Assembly (NCBI GenBank): GCA_963775535.1
Contig: CAVZJH010000055.1
Coordinates: forward strand, 86,311 to 150,310
Reading direction: 5' to 3'
Length of the DNA stretch: 64,000 nt
Origin: an uncultured bacterium
Lineage (GTDB): Bacteria > Armatimonadota > UBA5829
Numbering within the stretch: the stretch's first letter is position 1; each line of letters begins with the position of its first letter. Shown in pieces: positions 9,148-18,541 of this stretch. The notes below the pieces were generated by a model. It had not been told where the DNA came from, searched no databases, and saw only the letters and a program-made list of their open reading frames with translations. The translations under genes and the position numbers were made by a program.

Positions 9148-9279
9148 AATGAAAATAGCAAAAACGCCGTTTTAGAAGGAATCGCGGATAAACCCTCTCG
9201 CATTCTTCCTGCGGAAGAACGCTGTCGGTTTCACCGCGAATAGATGAAAATGCCTTCGACATTTTCAGAGGAGAAACCA
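9148..9279 (+). repeat. ~95-nt structured 5'-leader repeat, copy A (one full unit plus a degenerate upstream hairpin)
   Basis: AGGAATCGCGGATAAACCCTCTCGCATTCTTCCTGCGGAAGAACGCTGTCGGTTTCACCGCGAATAGATGAAAATGCCTTCGACATTTTCAGAGGAG, then 7 nt, then ATG. Near-identical units occur at 31401-31603 and a truncated one at 12929-12989. Confidence 0.8.
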
Positions 9280-9744
9280 ATGAATGAAGACCTGGAAAAG
9301 GTGAGATTACTTGCCAGAGATCTACGCGACGGAAAAGAGTTCCCGCGTGGACCAAGGGAACTGTTGGCAGGTTATGTGCTGGCTGCCCGGGCGGTTGATA
9401 AGTGCCGTTCGGCGCTGGTGGGCCGGCAGGGAGAGTATCATTCAAATTGCCCAGTAGACCAGATATGGCTAAAGTTTGCTGAGATAGATTACAGCGACTT
9501 TCGGGCATTCATTGCCACAGGCGCAACAGACGACGAGATTGCAGAATGGATCGCCGGGAACGCGAGGCAGCGCCCGCGAATGGAGATCATTGTCTGGAAC
9601 AACAAACAGCGCGACACGCGACTGAGCGATCTTTCGCTGGAGACCCAGGAGTATATGGAAGACTACATCTGTCAGTTCATCCCTCGCAACCGCGTGATCT
9701 ATCACTGGTTCGATGTTTACGACATTGAAGAACAGCGGCTTTGA
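9280..9744 (+). CDS. DUF5069 domain protein
   Basis: I prefer the ATG at 9280 (GAGGAG 7 nt upstream) over the listed 9244. FPRGPRELLAGYVLAARAVDKCR ... EYHSNCPVDQ ... DDEIAEWI matches the DUF5069 pattern as I remember it. Confidence 0.7.
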   Translation: MNEDLEKVRLLARDLRDGKEFPRGPRELLAGYVLAARAVDKCRSALVGRQGEYHSNCPVDQIWLKFAEIDYSDFRAFIATGATDDEIAEWIAGNARQRPRMEIIVWNNKQRDTRLSDLSLETQEYMEDYICQFIPRNRVIYHWFDVYDIEEQRL

Positions 9745-9839
9745 GGCCAGGCCAAGAGCCACAATTGGCACATCTCCCGTGCAGGTGGCGGAGTATCCTG
9801 ACAGGGGCAGATCTGGCGGAAATTCGAAAGGACTATAGA

Positions 9840-10574
9840 ATGAAGCTGGGTAACGGAATCGAGATGCTCGAAATCACCGCCGATTTCATGGGGAGGCGGA
9901 CCATCATCTATCCCGTGATCGTCTCTGATGCAGATGAGGTGATCCTTGTGGACACAGGATTTCCCGGGTCGGACGGAATAGAACAAATCCGGGAGCAAGC
10001 GATCGAGGCAGGGATACCATTCGAGAGATTGACCAAGGTAATCCTCACTCATCAGGACATAGACCACATCGGCGGGCTACCGGAACTTATCAGGAAGCAA
10101 AAAGTGAAAGTTATCGCACACGAGGAAGAAAAGCCTTACATCGAGGGGACGAAGAGACTCATCAAGTTCACCCCGGAGCGCGTGAGGGCAATTGAGGCGC
10201 TGCCCGAGGACGAGCAGAGGCGCCTGAAATCCGTGTACGAGGCCCCACCCAAGGCTCCGGTGGACACATGTGTGGGAGACGGGCACGAACTGCCGTGCTG
10301 TGGAGGAATTGTTGTCATACACACGCCGGGACATACCCCGGGGCACATCTGTCTGTATCTGAGGCAGAACAAGGTCCTGATTGCCGGAGACGCTCTAAAC
10401 ATGGCAGACGGCAGCCTGGTAGGGCCGAATCCCCAGTTCAGCGCGGACATGGATTCGGCGAAAGCTTCGTTGAAGAAACTTACTCGATACGATATCCAAA
10501 CCGTGGTAACCTATCACGGCGGAGCATATGGCGAGAATGTCAATCAGCGGATTGCCGAACTGGCTGGCGGATAG
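9840..10574 (+). CDS. MBL-fold metallo-hydrolase
   Basis: I prefer the internal ATG at 9840 (MKLGNGIEMLEI). The metal-binding motif is LTHQDIDHIGG, followed by HTPGHTPGH and YHGG. Confidence 0.8.
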   Translation: MKLGNGIEMLEITADFMGRRTIIYPVIVSDADEVILVDTGFPGSDGIEQIREQAIEAGIPFERLTKVILTHQDIDHIGGLPELIRKQKVKVIAHEEEKPYIEGTKRLIKFTPERVRAIEALPEDEQRRLKSVYEAPPKAPVDTCVGDGHELPCCGGIVVIHTPGHTPGHICLYLRQNKVLIAGDALNMADGSLVGPNPQFSADMDSAKASLKKLTRYDIQTVVTYHGGAYGENVNQRIAELAGG

Positions 10575-10942
10575 AGCCGGCTCCATTGCACAACTCAATA
10601 ACCCACTCGATCGCAAATTGCCCGAACTGCTCGATAGAAGTGTCCTAGTTCGGAACAGATAAGGAAGAACGACGCGAGTGGCTGTTTGCTCCAAGAAGAA
10701 GAAAGCCTCTCTGAGACTAGCTCAGAGAAGCTCAAGATTGGCGAACGCAGAAATCACGCGCTCACCGGTTTCACAACACTTGGAGAAAAAAAGATGTGTC
10801 CTGAATGAGGCTACATCAGCAATTAGAGTTTACCACATTGTGCTGGATTGTCAAGTGGCTTTTTAGCAAGGTATTAGCCCAGCGTTGTGGGGCCGGATGC
10901 TGCCCTCGTAGTCCTGCGGTCTGGCGGTTCCGCGAACGCAGC

Positions 10943-11218
10943 CTAATAAGCAACTCCCACGGTCTTAATGAAGATTGACCGAAGTTCGGAGATTATAGGA
11001 CACGTTAAGTCAACCTGGTAGTATGTCTGCCCTTCCGCTTGTTTCCCTAGCTTCAGAATTCCAGCTTTGAGCAGATTGGCAAGCTCTCGCTGGACACTAC
11101 CTTGTCCAAGACCAGTTCGCGCTGCCAGTTCTCTAAGATAAAAGCGCGGCTCACCATCAAGTAGAAGAACCCTCAATATCTCAATTCTTGCTTTGGATTG
11201 TATTATGGCTTCCAGCAT
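10943..11218 (-). CDS. winged-helix (ArsR/MarR-like) DNA-binding protein, possibly a truncated HTH-nucleotidyltransferase
   Basis: 91 aa. ARIEILRVLLLDGEPRFYLRELAARTGLGQGSVQRELANLLKAGIL is a wHTH. It ends at ...KTVGVAY, the point where related fusion proteins continue. Confidence 0.55.
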   Translation of the reverse strand: MLEAIIQSKARIEILRVLLLDGEPRFYLRELAARTGLGQGSVQRELANLLKAGILKLGKQAEGQTYYQVDLTCPIISELRSIFIKTVGVAY

Positions 11219-11283
11219 TCCTGGTATCTCCGTACACGCGAATATCGGTTAAATTGTCAATCAAATTGAGTACAGATGTCAAG

Positions 11284-11802
11284 CTACTTGTTCAAGCCCA
11301 GCTTTCGGATTGTCTTCATAGGCAAATAGAGATGTAATTCATCATCTGCCAACTGTTGAAATCCATACTTGCCGTAGAACTCCAGTGCAGAAGGCAGCGC
11401 ATCGACCACAACGGCCACAGCCCCCACATCAGACAATGCAACTCGTTCACTTCGTGCCAGTGAGTCCATCAATAGATACTCACCGAGCCTATGTCCTTTG
11501 AATGAGGTGTCAACCGCCAGTCGCCCCAACAACACGGCTGGCAGCGGCATCTGGTCTGGAAGCCTTTTCTCGGGCATAGTACCAGGAGCAACCGAAGTCA
11601 TAGCCAAGGTGTAATAACCCACAATCCTACTGGGATCATCTGCTGAAGCGGCAACATGAGTAATCCCAAGTTGCCGCTTCATATCCTGTGATGCCCGTTG
11701 CTTCAGGTATTTGTTAAGCGACTCTTCGCCGCAATCAAACGCATCCCTATTGTGATGATCGTTGAGGATTTCAATGTGCTGGATTAGCTCGTACAAGATC
11801 AC
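11284..11802 (-). CDS. GNAT-family acetyltransferase toxin (TacT-like)
   Basis: 172 aa. It carries FDCGEESLNKYLKQRA, LLGRLAVDTSFKGHRLGEYLL and VVDALPSALEFYGKYGF. It overlaps the upstream DUF1778 gene by 4 nt. Confidence 0.85.
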   Translation of the reverse strand: MILYELIQHIEILNDHHNRDAFDCGEESLNKYLKQRASQDMKRQLGITHVAASADDPSRIVGYYTLAMTSVAPGTMPEKRLPDQMPLPAVLLGRLAVDTSFKGHRLGEYLLMDSLARSERVALSDVGAVAVVVDALPSALEFYGKYGFQQLADDELHLYLPMKTIRKLGLNK

Positions 11803-12071
11803 TTCCCTCTATATCGCTCAGCAGCCTTGAGGGCCGCAGGTGTCGGCTCGATATCAACTGCGATTAGGCGTACGAACTGTTTCCAGGCGTTCTCGCTGAG
11901 TTGAATTTGGTGTTGTCGCTCAACAACCTTGCTTGCTGCCTCCAACACATGGGAGAGGACGAAGCTGGAAAGGCTGATACCTAGAGCTTCGGCCGCCGCG
12001 TCTATCACCGACTTCTGGTAGGCATCTAATCGGATGCTTATTCTTTCCTCTTTGTGTCTAAGTGCTTCCAT
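11799..12071 (-). CDS. DUF1778 (RHH) antitoxin (TacA-like)
   Basis: 90 aa. ISIRLDAYQKSVIDAAAEALGISLSSFVL is a ribbon-helix-helix N-terminus. ATGA overlap with the GNAT toxin. Confidence 0.85.
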   Translation of the reverse strand: MEALRHKEERISIRLDAYQKSVIDAAAEALGISLSSFVLSHVLEAASKVVERQHQIQLSENAWKQFVRLIAVDIEPTPAALKAAERYRGK

Positions 12072-12295
12072 AGGATTCCTCCACAGGTATTATACCACAA
12101 GGTACGCCCCGTGTGCGTACAACGTTTGAGGAGTTTTCATCATTTCAGCCATGTCCTGACCTGTTGGTTAGTTGGAGCGGCAGAGTATTTTGGCCTATTT
12201 CTGCTTCTCCACGATTTCCAACCTGCCTACGCCGTTCTTCTCCAACTCCTTGGAGTACCTGTCAGATGAATTGGTGCATGCGTTCGGGAAACGGA

Positions 12296-12553
12296 GAGTG
12301 CATGCACCCTGACGCTCTTACGCATTCATTCATTCATTATCGAAACAAAGCCAAGCTGAAACTGACTTTCCACGACCTTCGCCACTGCCACGCCTCTTGT
12401 TTATTGGCGGCTGGTGTTCATCCGAAAGTGGTTTCTGAGCGGCTCGGGCATTCCAGTGTCGATCTCTATTCTCACCTGTTGCCGTCCATTCAAGCGGCAG
12501 GGGTCACTAAACTTGAAGAATTGCTCGGCAGCTTTGCCAGGGTAGCTCAATAA
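12296..12553 (+). pseudogene. tyrosine recombinase/integrase, C-terminal remnant
   Basis: HPDALTHSFIHY...LTFHDLRHCHASCLLAAGVHPKVVSERLGHSSV..LYSHL holds the box II H-x-x-R and LGH motifs. The whole N-terminal and core-binding part is missing. Confidence 0.7.
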
Positions 12554-12580
12554 GAGGAAAACAATGCTTGCTTGCATAAG
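12551..12580 (+). repeat. 30-nt direct repeat, copy 2 (candidate island junction)
   Basis: TAAGAGGAAAACAATGCTTGCTTGCATAAG overlaps the stop codon of the integrase remnant and is 29/30 identical to 689-718. Confidence 0.6.
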
Positions 12581-12767
12581 GCACATCCTGTGGGTGCCTT
12601 TTCTGCTATCTGCCACTTGACCAATTGCCATTTGATAGCGGGATGTGGCGGGTCTTGCCGCCGAGCATCAGATTTTTCTTGACCATTTCTTGACCATTAC
12701 AGGGGTATAAACAAGAAATCAGCCCCTCCAAAAAAGTTAGGAAAGGCTGATTTTACGCTCAAAATCT

Positions 12768-12853
12768 TGGTGCCGAAGATCGGAGTCGAACCGATATGAG
12801 ATTGCTCTCGGTGGTTTTTGAGACCACTGCGTCTGCCATTCCGCCACTTCGGC
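12768..12853 (-). tRNA. tRNA-Leu (anticodon CAA), CCA encoded
   Basis: The reverse complement folds as GCCGAAG/CTTCGGC acceptor, a D arm, anticodon stem GTGGT/ACCAC with loop CTCAAAA, a long variable arm GAGA-GCAA-TCTC, T arm ATCGG-TTCGACT-CCGAT, and ACCA. 86 nt. Confidence 0.9.
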
Positions 12854-12928
12854 CCATGAATAGAGGTACTTTACATTACCTTGAAGCTCTAAGATTATAT
12901 CGCCGAGAAATAGCACTGTCAATATTCT

Positions 12929-12989
12929 AAGGAACCGCGGATGAGACTTCACGCATTCTTCCTGCGGCATTTTCAGAGGAGGCTACGAT
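12929..12989 (+). repeat. ~95-nt leader repeat, internally deleted copy B
   Basis: AAGGAACCGCGGATGAGACTTCACGCATTCTTCCTGCGG joins directly to CATTTTCAGAGGAGG, then 8 nt, then the sppA ATG. The 3' half of hairpin 1, the P1 3' strand and the 5' half of hairpin 2 are missing. Confidence 0.7.
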
Positions 12990-14111
12990 ATGAACGAAGA
13001 TCAGTCTCAGAACCCATCAACGGACGAGAACACGCCAACTCCGGAGCCACAGCCGTCTTCTGCTGCGCCCGGCGAGCCTCAGTATCGCAGCGCAGCCGCG
13101 CCACCTCCTTCGGGAGCGCCTGCAGCAGGTGCGGGGTATGCGCCGTACGCGCCACAGCCGCCGCCTCGGCGCAGCTATCTCATACCGATATCTCTTGTCG
13201 TAGGGTGTCTTCCGTGGATTATCCTCTTCGGACTGGCTCTCGGGGGAATAATAGGCTCCGTTGGGAACGAAAGCTACGGAAAACACGTGACCTTAATCCG
13301 CGTTACCGGCGTAATCACGGCAGGCAAGAGCGGCGGGAGCATGTTCGGTGGAACGGTTGCCGGCTCAGAAGATTTGATCGCTCAGCTCGAAAAAGCTCGC
13401 AAAGACAGTGGAGCGAAGGCGGTAGTCATCCGGATCAACAGCCCCGGGGGCAGTCCTTCGGGTTCCGAGGAGGTCTACAACGAGATACAGCGTGTTCGGA
13501 AATCGGGCAAGCCGGTCTACGTATCAATGGGTGACCTCGCCGCCTCCGGCGGTTATTACATAGCCTCCGCAGCCGACAAGATCTATGCCGACGCGAGCAC
13601 TCTCACCGGCAGCATAGGAGTCATAATCAACGGCGCCGATTTGAGTAAGCTTTATCAGAAGATAGGTTATCAGCCTGAAGTCATCAAGTCCGGCAAGTTC
13701 AAGGATATTCTCTCCGAGAATCGGCCAATGACCCCCGATGAACGCAAGCTGCTCCAGGGGATCATCGACGATACATTCTCCCAGTTCGTCAGTGCCGTTG
13801 CCAACGGACGCAGGATGCCGATCTCCAAGGTCAAGGCAATCGCCGACGGACGCGTCTTCACCGGTAGGCAGGCTATGAAAGTCGGGCTGGTGGACAGAAT
13901 CGGTGGCCTGCGCGAGACTATCCTTGAAGCTGCTCACAGACGCGGGATCAAGGGCGAGCCGAAAGTGGTGGAATACGGGCACAAGGGGCTGCTGCAGATA
14001 TTGATGGGTGACGACAGCGAGGCCGCTTCGTCCCAACTGGAGAATACCGCGACGCGCGAGATTTTGGAAAGACTACTGCGCCGGGACGACCTGCTCCCGG
14101 GTGCGAGGTAG
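12990..14111 (+). CDS. sppA: signal peptide peptidase SppA (36K type) with Pro-rich N-terminal extension
   Basis: 373 aa with a TM segment (LVVGCLPWIILFGLALGGII). VVIRINSPGG, MGDLAASGGYYIA and LTGSIGV are the S49 peptidase motifs. Confidence 0.85.
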   Translation: MNEDQSQNPSTDENTPTPEPQPSSAAPGEPQYRSAAAPPPSGAPAAGAGYAPYAPQPPPRRSYLIPISLVVGCLPWIILFGLALGGIIGSVGNESYGKHVTLIRVTGVITAGKSGGSMFGGTVAGSEDLIAQLEKARKDSGAKAVVIRINSPGGSPSGSEEVYNEIQRVRKSGKPVYVSMGDLAASGGYYIASAADKIYADASTLTGSIGVIINGADLSKLYQKIGYQPEVIKSGKFKDILSENRPMTPDERKLLQGIIDDTFSQFVSAVANGRRMPISKVKAIADGRVFTGRQAMKVGLVDRIGGLRETILEAAHRRGIKGEPKVVEYGHKGLLQILMGDDSEAASSQLENTATREILERLLRRDDLLPGAR

Positions 14112-14145
14112 GCGATGACCGGAGAGGATAACACCTGAGATAGCA

Positions 14146-16858
14146 ATGAACTCTGAAAAGAAGAAACTAATAGCGATAGATGGCAACAGCCTGCTCTACA
14201 GAGCGTTTTTTGCCATGCGTTACCTCTCGACTTCGAGCGGCCAGCCGACCAATGCAATCTACGGCCTCACGACCATGCTCTTGAAGGTTTTGGAGGAAAA
14301 ACCCGACTACATCGCAGTCGCGTTCGATACTCCCACACCTACATTCCGGCACGTCGAATACGAAAAGTATAAAGCGCATCGCAAGCCTACTCCGGATGCG
14401 CTGGTCGAACAGGCGGCCCTCGCCCGTGAACTGATTCGGGCGTTCAACATACCTGTGGTCGAAGTGCCGGGATTCGAGGCCGACGACATCATCGGCGCGA
14501 TGGCGAAGGAAGCCGCCGCGAAGGGAATCAGGACCGAGATCGTAACAGGCGACCTGGATGCTCTTCAACTGGTGAATGAGGATGTCAGCGTGCTGACGAC
14601 GGTAAAGGGCGTTTCGGACATCGTTATCTACGGTCCGGAAACGGTTGAGGCGCGTTTCGGCCTCAAACCTGAGCAGATGGCCGATTATAAAGGCCTCAAG
14701 GGCGATCCGTCGGACAACATTCCGGGGGTCCCGGGGATCGGCGAGAAAACGGCTGTCGAACTGCTTCGTCAATATGGCACCCTGGAGAACCTGCTGGAGC
14801 ATGTCCCGGAACTGCCGGAAGGGCAGGTAAAGAAGGCTCTTCAGGAAAATGTTGAATCGCCAGGACCTCGAAGTATCTGGGCACTATCATTACCGACCTG
14901 CCCGTGCACATCGACCCCGAGGAATATCACGCCAGGGAGCCTGACTTCGATGCGCTTCGTGACTTGTTCGTGCGCCTGGAGTTCAAGACGATGCTCAAGC
15001 GGCTTCCCGAGGTGGGAAAGGCCGAGGGCAGGGCGGCGCCCGGGGAGAAGGCGGCATTGGGGGCTTGCAGACAGATCAATTCACCGGCCGAGCTGGGCGA
15101 GATGATACGCACGCTGGAGATGGCAGGGGAGTCTCTGTACAGTGTCACACGGCGGACCGTAAATCGATCAGGGCCGAGCTCATAGGGCTCAGCTTCTGCA
15201 CGGGTTCGGGAGAGAGCGCATATGTCCGGGTGATCGATCCGACGGTCGAGCAGGGCGCATCGCTTCAGCTTGGTTTTGAGGGACCTTATGAGGCCGATCT
15301 CGCTCAGCTTGAAGACGTGTTGATCAACGAGAGACTGGTCAAATCGACCCACGACTACAAACTAAACTACGCCGCGCTTGCACTGCGCGGGGTCCAGCTC
15401 AAAGGCGTTGTATTCGACAGCATGCTCGGGGCTTATCTGCTGGATTCGTCGCGCAGTTCCTACGACATCGGCACGGTTGCGTTCGAGCAGTTGGCTCTGG
15501 AATTGCCCGGAGTCACCCAGAAGAAGCAGGATATTCTGGCGGACGACTCAACAATCGTTTGCGGCGAAGCTGAAGCGATCTATCGATTGAGGCCGGTGAT
15601 CGAAGAAAAACTTAAGCAGGACAATGAGATCGGCCTCCTGTCGGACATGGAGCTTCCTCTGGCGCCGGTTTTGGCGGATATGGAACTGACCGGCGTCGCG
15701 GTGGATGTGGGGCAACTGGAGACGCTCTCCGTTACGCTGGATTCCGACATTCGAGCGGCCGAGCAGCGGATCTACGAGCATGCGGGCGAAGAGTTCAATA
15801 TCGGCTCGACGAGGCAACTGCAGGCTGTCTTGTTCGAGCGAATGGGCTTGTCCGCATCGAAGAAAACTAAGACCGGATATTCCACCAGCGCGGCTGCGCT
15901 CGAGGAACTTGCGGCTGACTACCCGATTGTTGCGGACATACTGCGATATCGAGAGCTTACCAAGATCAAGTCGACTTATGCCGATTCGCTGCCGAAGCTG
16001 ATCAATCCGAGGACAGGCAGGGTCCACACCTCCCTGAACCAGGCGGTGACCGCGACAGGCCGCCTTTCGTCGAGCGATCCGAACCTGCAGAACATCCCCG
16101 TGCGGACCAAACTCGGCAGAGAGATCAGGAAAGCGTTTATCGCGTCCAACGCCAGGCTGCTCATTTCGGCGGATTATTCTCAGATCGAGCTCAGGATCCT
16201 CGCGCACGTAACGCGGGACGAGAACCTGGTCCGGGCTTTCGAAAACGATGAGGATATTCACCTTGCCACAGCCTGCGTGATCTTCAATTGTTCGCCCCCG
16301 GACGTGACGCCGGAGATGCGCCGGCGGGCGAAGACCGTCAACTTCGCGGTTATCTACGGAATGGCGGATTTTACGCTCTCAAAAACGCTCGGGATATCGG
16401 TCAAGGAAGCCCACGAATACATAAACACTTATTTTGACCGGTTCTCCGGGGTGCGCCGTTACACGGAAGAGACCATCGAGAAAGCCAGGGAGCTGGGATA
16501 CGTCGAAACGCTTATGGGAAGGCGCAGATACATCCCCGAGATCGCCAGCTCGAACCATAATATTCGACAATTTGCGGAAAGAGCCGCCGTAAACATGCCG
16601 ATTCAGGGAACTGCAGCCGATATTATAAAGTTGGCGATGATCGGAATCCACGAGGCTCTCAAAGGAACCTCGGGCAAAATGGTCCTGCAGGTCCACGATG
16701 AATTGGTGTTCGAGGTCGCGCCGCAGGACCTGGATACCGTGGCCAATCTCGTGCGCAGCGGAATGGAGAGTTCGTATGCGCTGAAGGTGCCGCTGAAGGT
16801 CGACGTGAAGGCCGGCAAGAACTGGGCCGAGATGAGGGAAGTGCGTGATGGGGAATAG
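14146..16858 (+). CDS. polA: DNA polymerase I, reading frame interrupted twice
   Basis: 5'-3' exonuclease N-terminus (LIAIDGNSLLYRAFFA). The frame moves 1->3 near 14857-14865 (…QENVE / ARTSKYLGTIITDLPV) and 3->2 near 15121-15135 (…LEMAG / VSVQCHTADRKSIRAELIGLSF). The polymerase domain is intact (RRRAKTVNFAVIYG, QVHDELVFE). Confidence 0.9.
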
Positions 16859-16935
16859 GTGACAGGCGATGGGTGATAGTTCCCTTCCCCAACACCCAAC
16901 ACCTAACTCCCAAAACCCAACCAAGGAGGAACGGG

Positions 16936-18514
16936 ATGAAGTTTAAGGCTTTAGCAGTTCTTTGGGTTGTGCTGGCTCTTTGCCAGTGTCACTGCTGCTT
17001 CAGACAGCATTACTACCGACATGCCGAAGCAGGACTACTGGATGGGCATCTGCTATGATCAGAGTCAAATTGGGTCATTGCATGTGACTGTGCGCAAAGG
17101 CCGTGTTAACGGCAAAGATGGCTGGATCAGGGATGAGATATCGCGGATTCACTACAGGACTGCGGACAAGAGCCACACCCTCGATATCGATCGTGAGCTT
17201 TTTGCCGACGACAATTACCACCCGATATCCGATACTCTCACGTCAGACGGCAGCGATTGCCAGCCTCTGTCTATGGCAGCCACCTTTGGGTCGGGTGTTG
17301 GCAAGCTCAAGACAACTTCAGGCGAGACAACTGATGAGAAGACAATTCCACTATTGGAAGAAGACCAGGCTAACCTTGCGTCAGGTTGTAGATACGATCT
17401 CGGGGGAAGAACGCTCTCGCCGGGAGACACCTTTGATTTGAGCCATATGCACAACATTATGAACTTGCTGCCGGATGGCCGCTGCATGTCCTCGGTCGAT
17501 GTAACTACAGTGCTTGCGTTGCGTCGAGAGAAGATCATGGTTGGTGGAAAGGGTTACAACACTCTGGTGGCATCCGAGACGAGCGAGAACGTCGATATCA
17601 TCAGATGGCAGTTGGCAAATGGGGAGGTCATCAAGGAAAAGAGACCGACTGAACACCTGGTGTTTCTCAGGGAAACGAAGAAAGATGCTACGAAGGTGGA
17701 CGAGGGACCAGGGCCTCTTCTGGATACGCAGGCCAAGCCTGAACCTACGCCAAGACCCGACGCCCATCTGCTCAGATCTTTCCCAGCTAATGCTGACTAC
17801 TGGATGGGTGTGTATTCCGGCTCCTCGAAAATAGGATACCTTCACGTTGCTATAAAGCCGGATAAGTTTGGTGGAAAAGATGTGTTCCGGAAAGATGAAA
17901 GATTTCATGTCTGGCCCAATAGGTCGCCGAAGAGGTACGGTGCAGACTTCAGTCACACAGTATACGCTGGCAATGATCTGTGTCCTGTATTTGAGGAAGC
18001 TACTGGGGGCGCTCATGATCCATCGTCGCAGGCTGGAAACTCCATGCTATTGCAGACTCGGTACAATCCAGAATCAATTGACGTCACGGTGACCTCTGAG
18101 GGCAAGACCTCCACAAATACAGAACCTGAATCGAAAGAGTGCAGAGAAATGCTCATAGCCGGATGCACGTGTGATTTTGGCATGAGAAAGTTGGATGTCG
18201 GAGACTCGATCAATGTTGTCCATTGGTGCTGGGCAGCCACAAACGTCAACATCGGGGGGCAGATCGCGAGCGCAACGTTGAAAGTTACTCGCCGGGAAAA
18301 GCTCAAACTGGGTTGTGAGTCTTACAACGCGTTGGTGATATCGGAAGAGTCTGACACCGGTAGCAAGATCACCAGGTGGCAGCTCGATAACGGAAAACTT
18401 ATAAAGGAGACAATTTCCAACATCTATATGGTGCTTGAAAGCAAAGATCAAGCGACTAAGCCCGCCAAGCCAGTAAATCCAAACTCTGACGGCAAAAAGC
18501 GATTTCATTTATAA
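16936..18514 (+). CDS. secreted two-module protein of unknown function, paralogue 1 (frame break inside the signal peptide)
   Basis: The ATG at 16936 gives MKFKALAVLWVVLALC, homologous to the paralogue 2/3 signal peptides. One extra nt versus paralogue 2 shifts the frame. The listed ORF (16967, TTG) carries the rest. Confidence 0.6.
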
Positions 18515-18541
18515 GCAGATCTGTTCGGGAGGTGGAACGCG

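Noticed and set aside
9148-9279. Known riboswitch class for the leader repeat
   Set aside because: I could not match the conserved nucleotides to any riboswitch consensus I know (glycine, c-di-GMP, guanidine, ZTP, preQ1, fluoride, Mn, SAM types). The three downstream genes share no metabolic theme. It is kept as an unclassified element rather than named.
14857-15135. Programmed ribosomal frameshifting in polA (and in the giant gene)
   Set aside because: There are no slippery heptamers or downstream pseudoknot-like structures at the sites. Similar breaks occur in many unrelated genes at about one per 2 kb, which is not how programmed events are distributed.
16859-16935. C/A-rich tract (CCCAACACCCAACACCTAACTCCCAAAACCCAACC) upstream of paralogue 1
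   Set aside because: It is a short, imperfect, single occurrence. I could assign no structure or repeat family, so it is probably just a pyrimidine/A-rich spacer before the SD.
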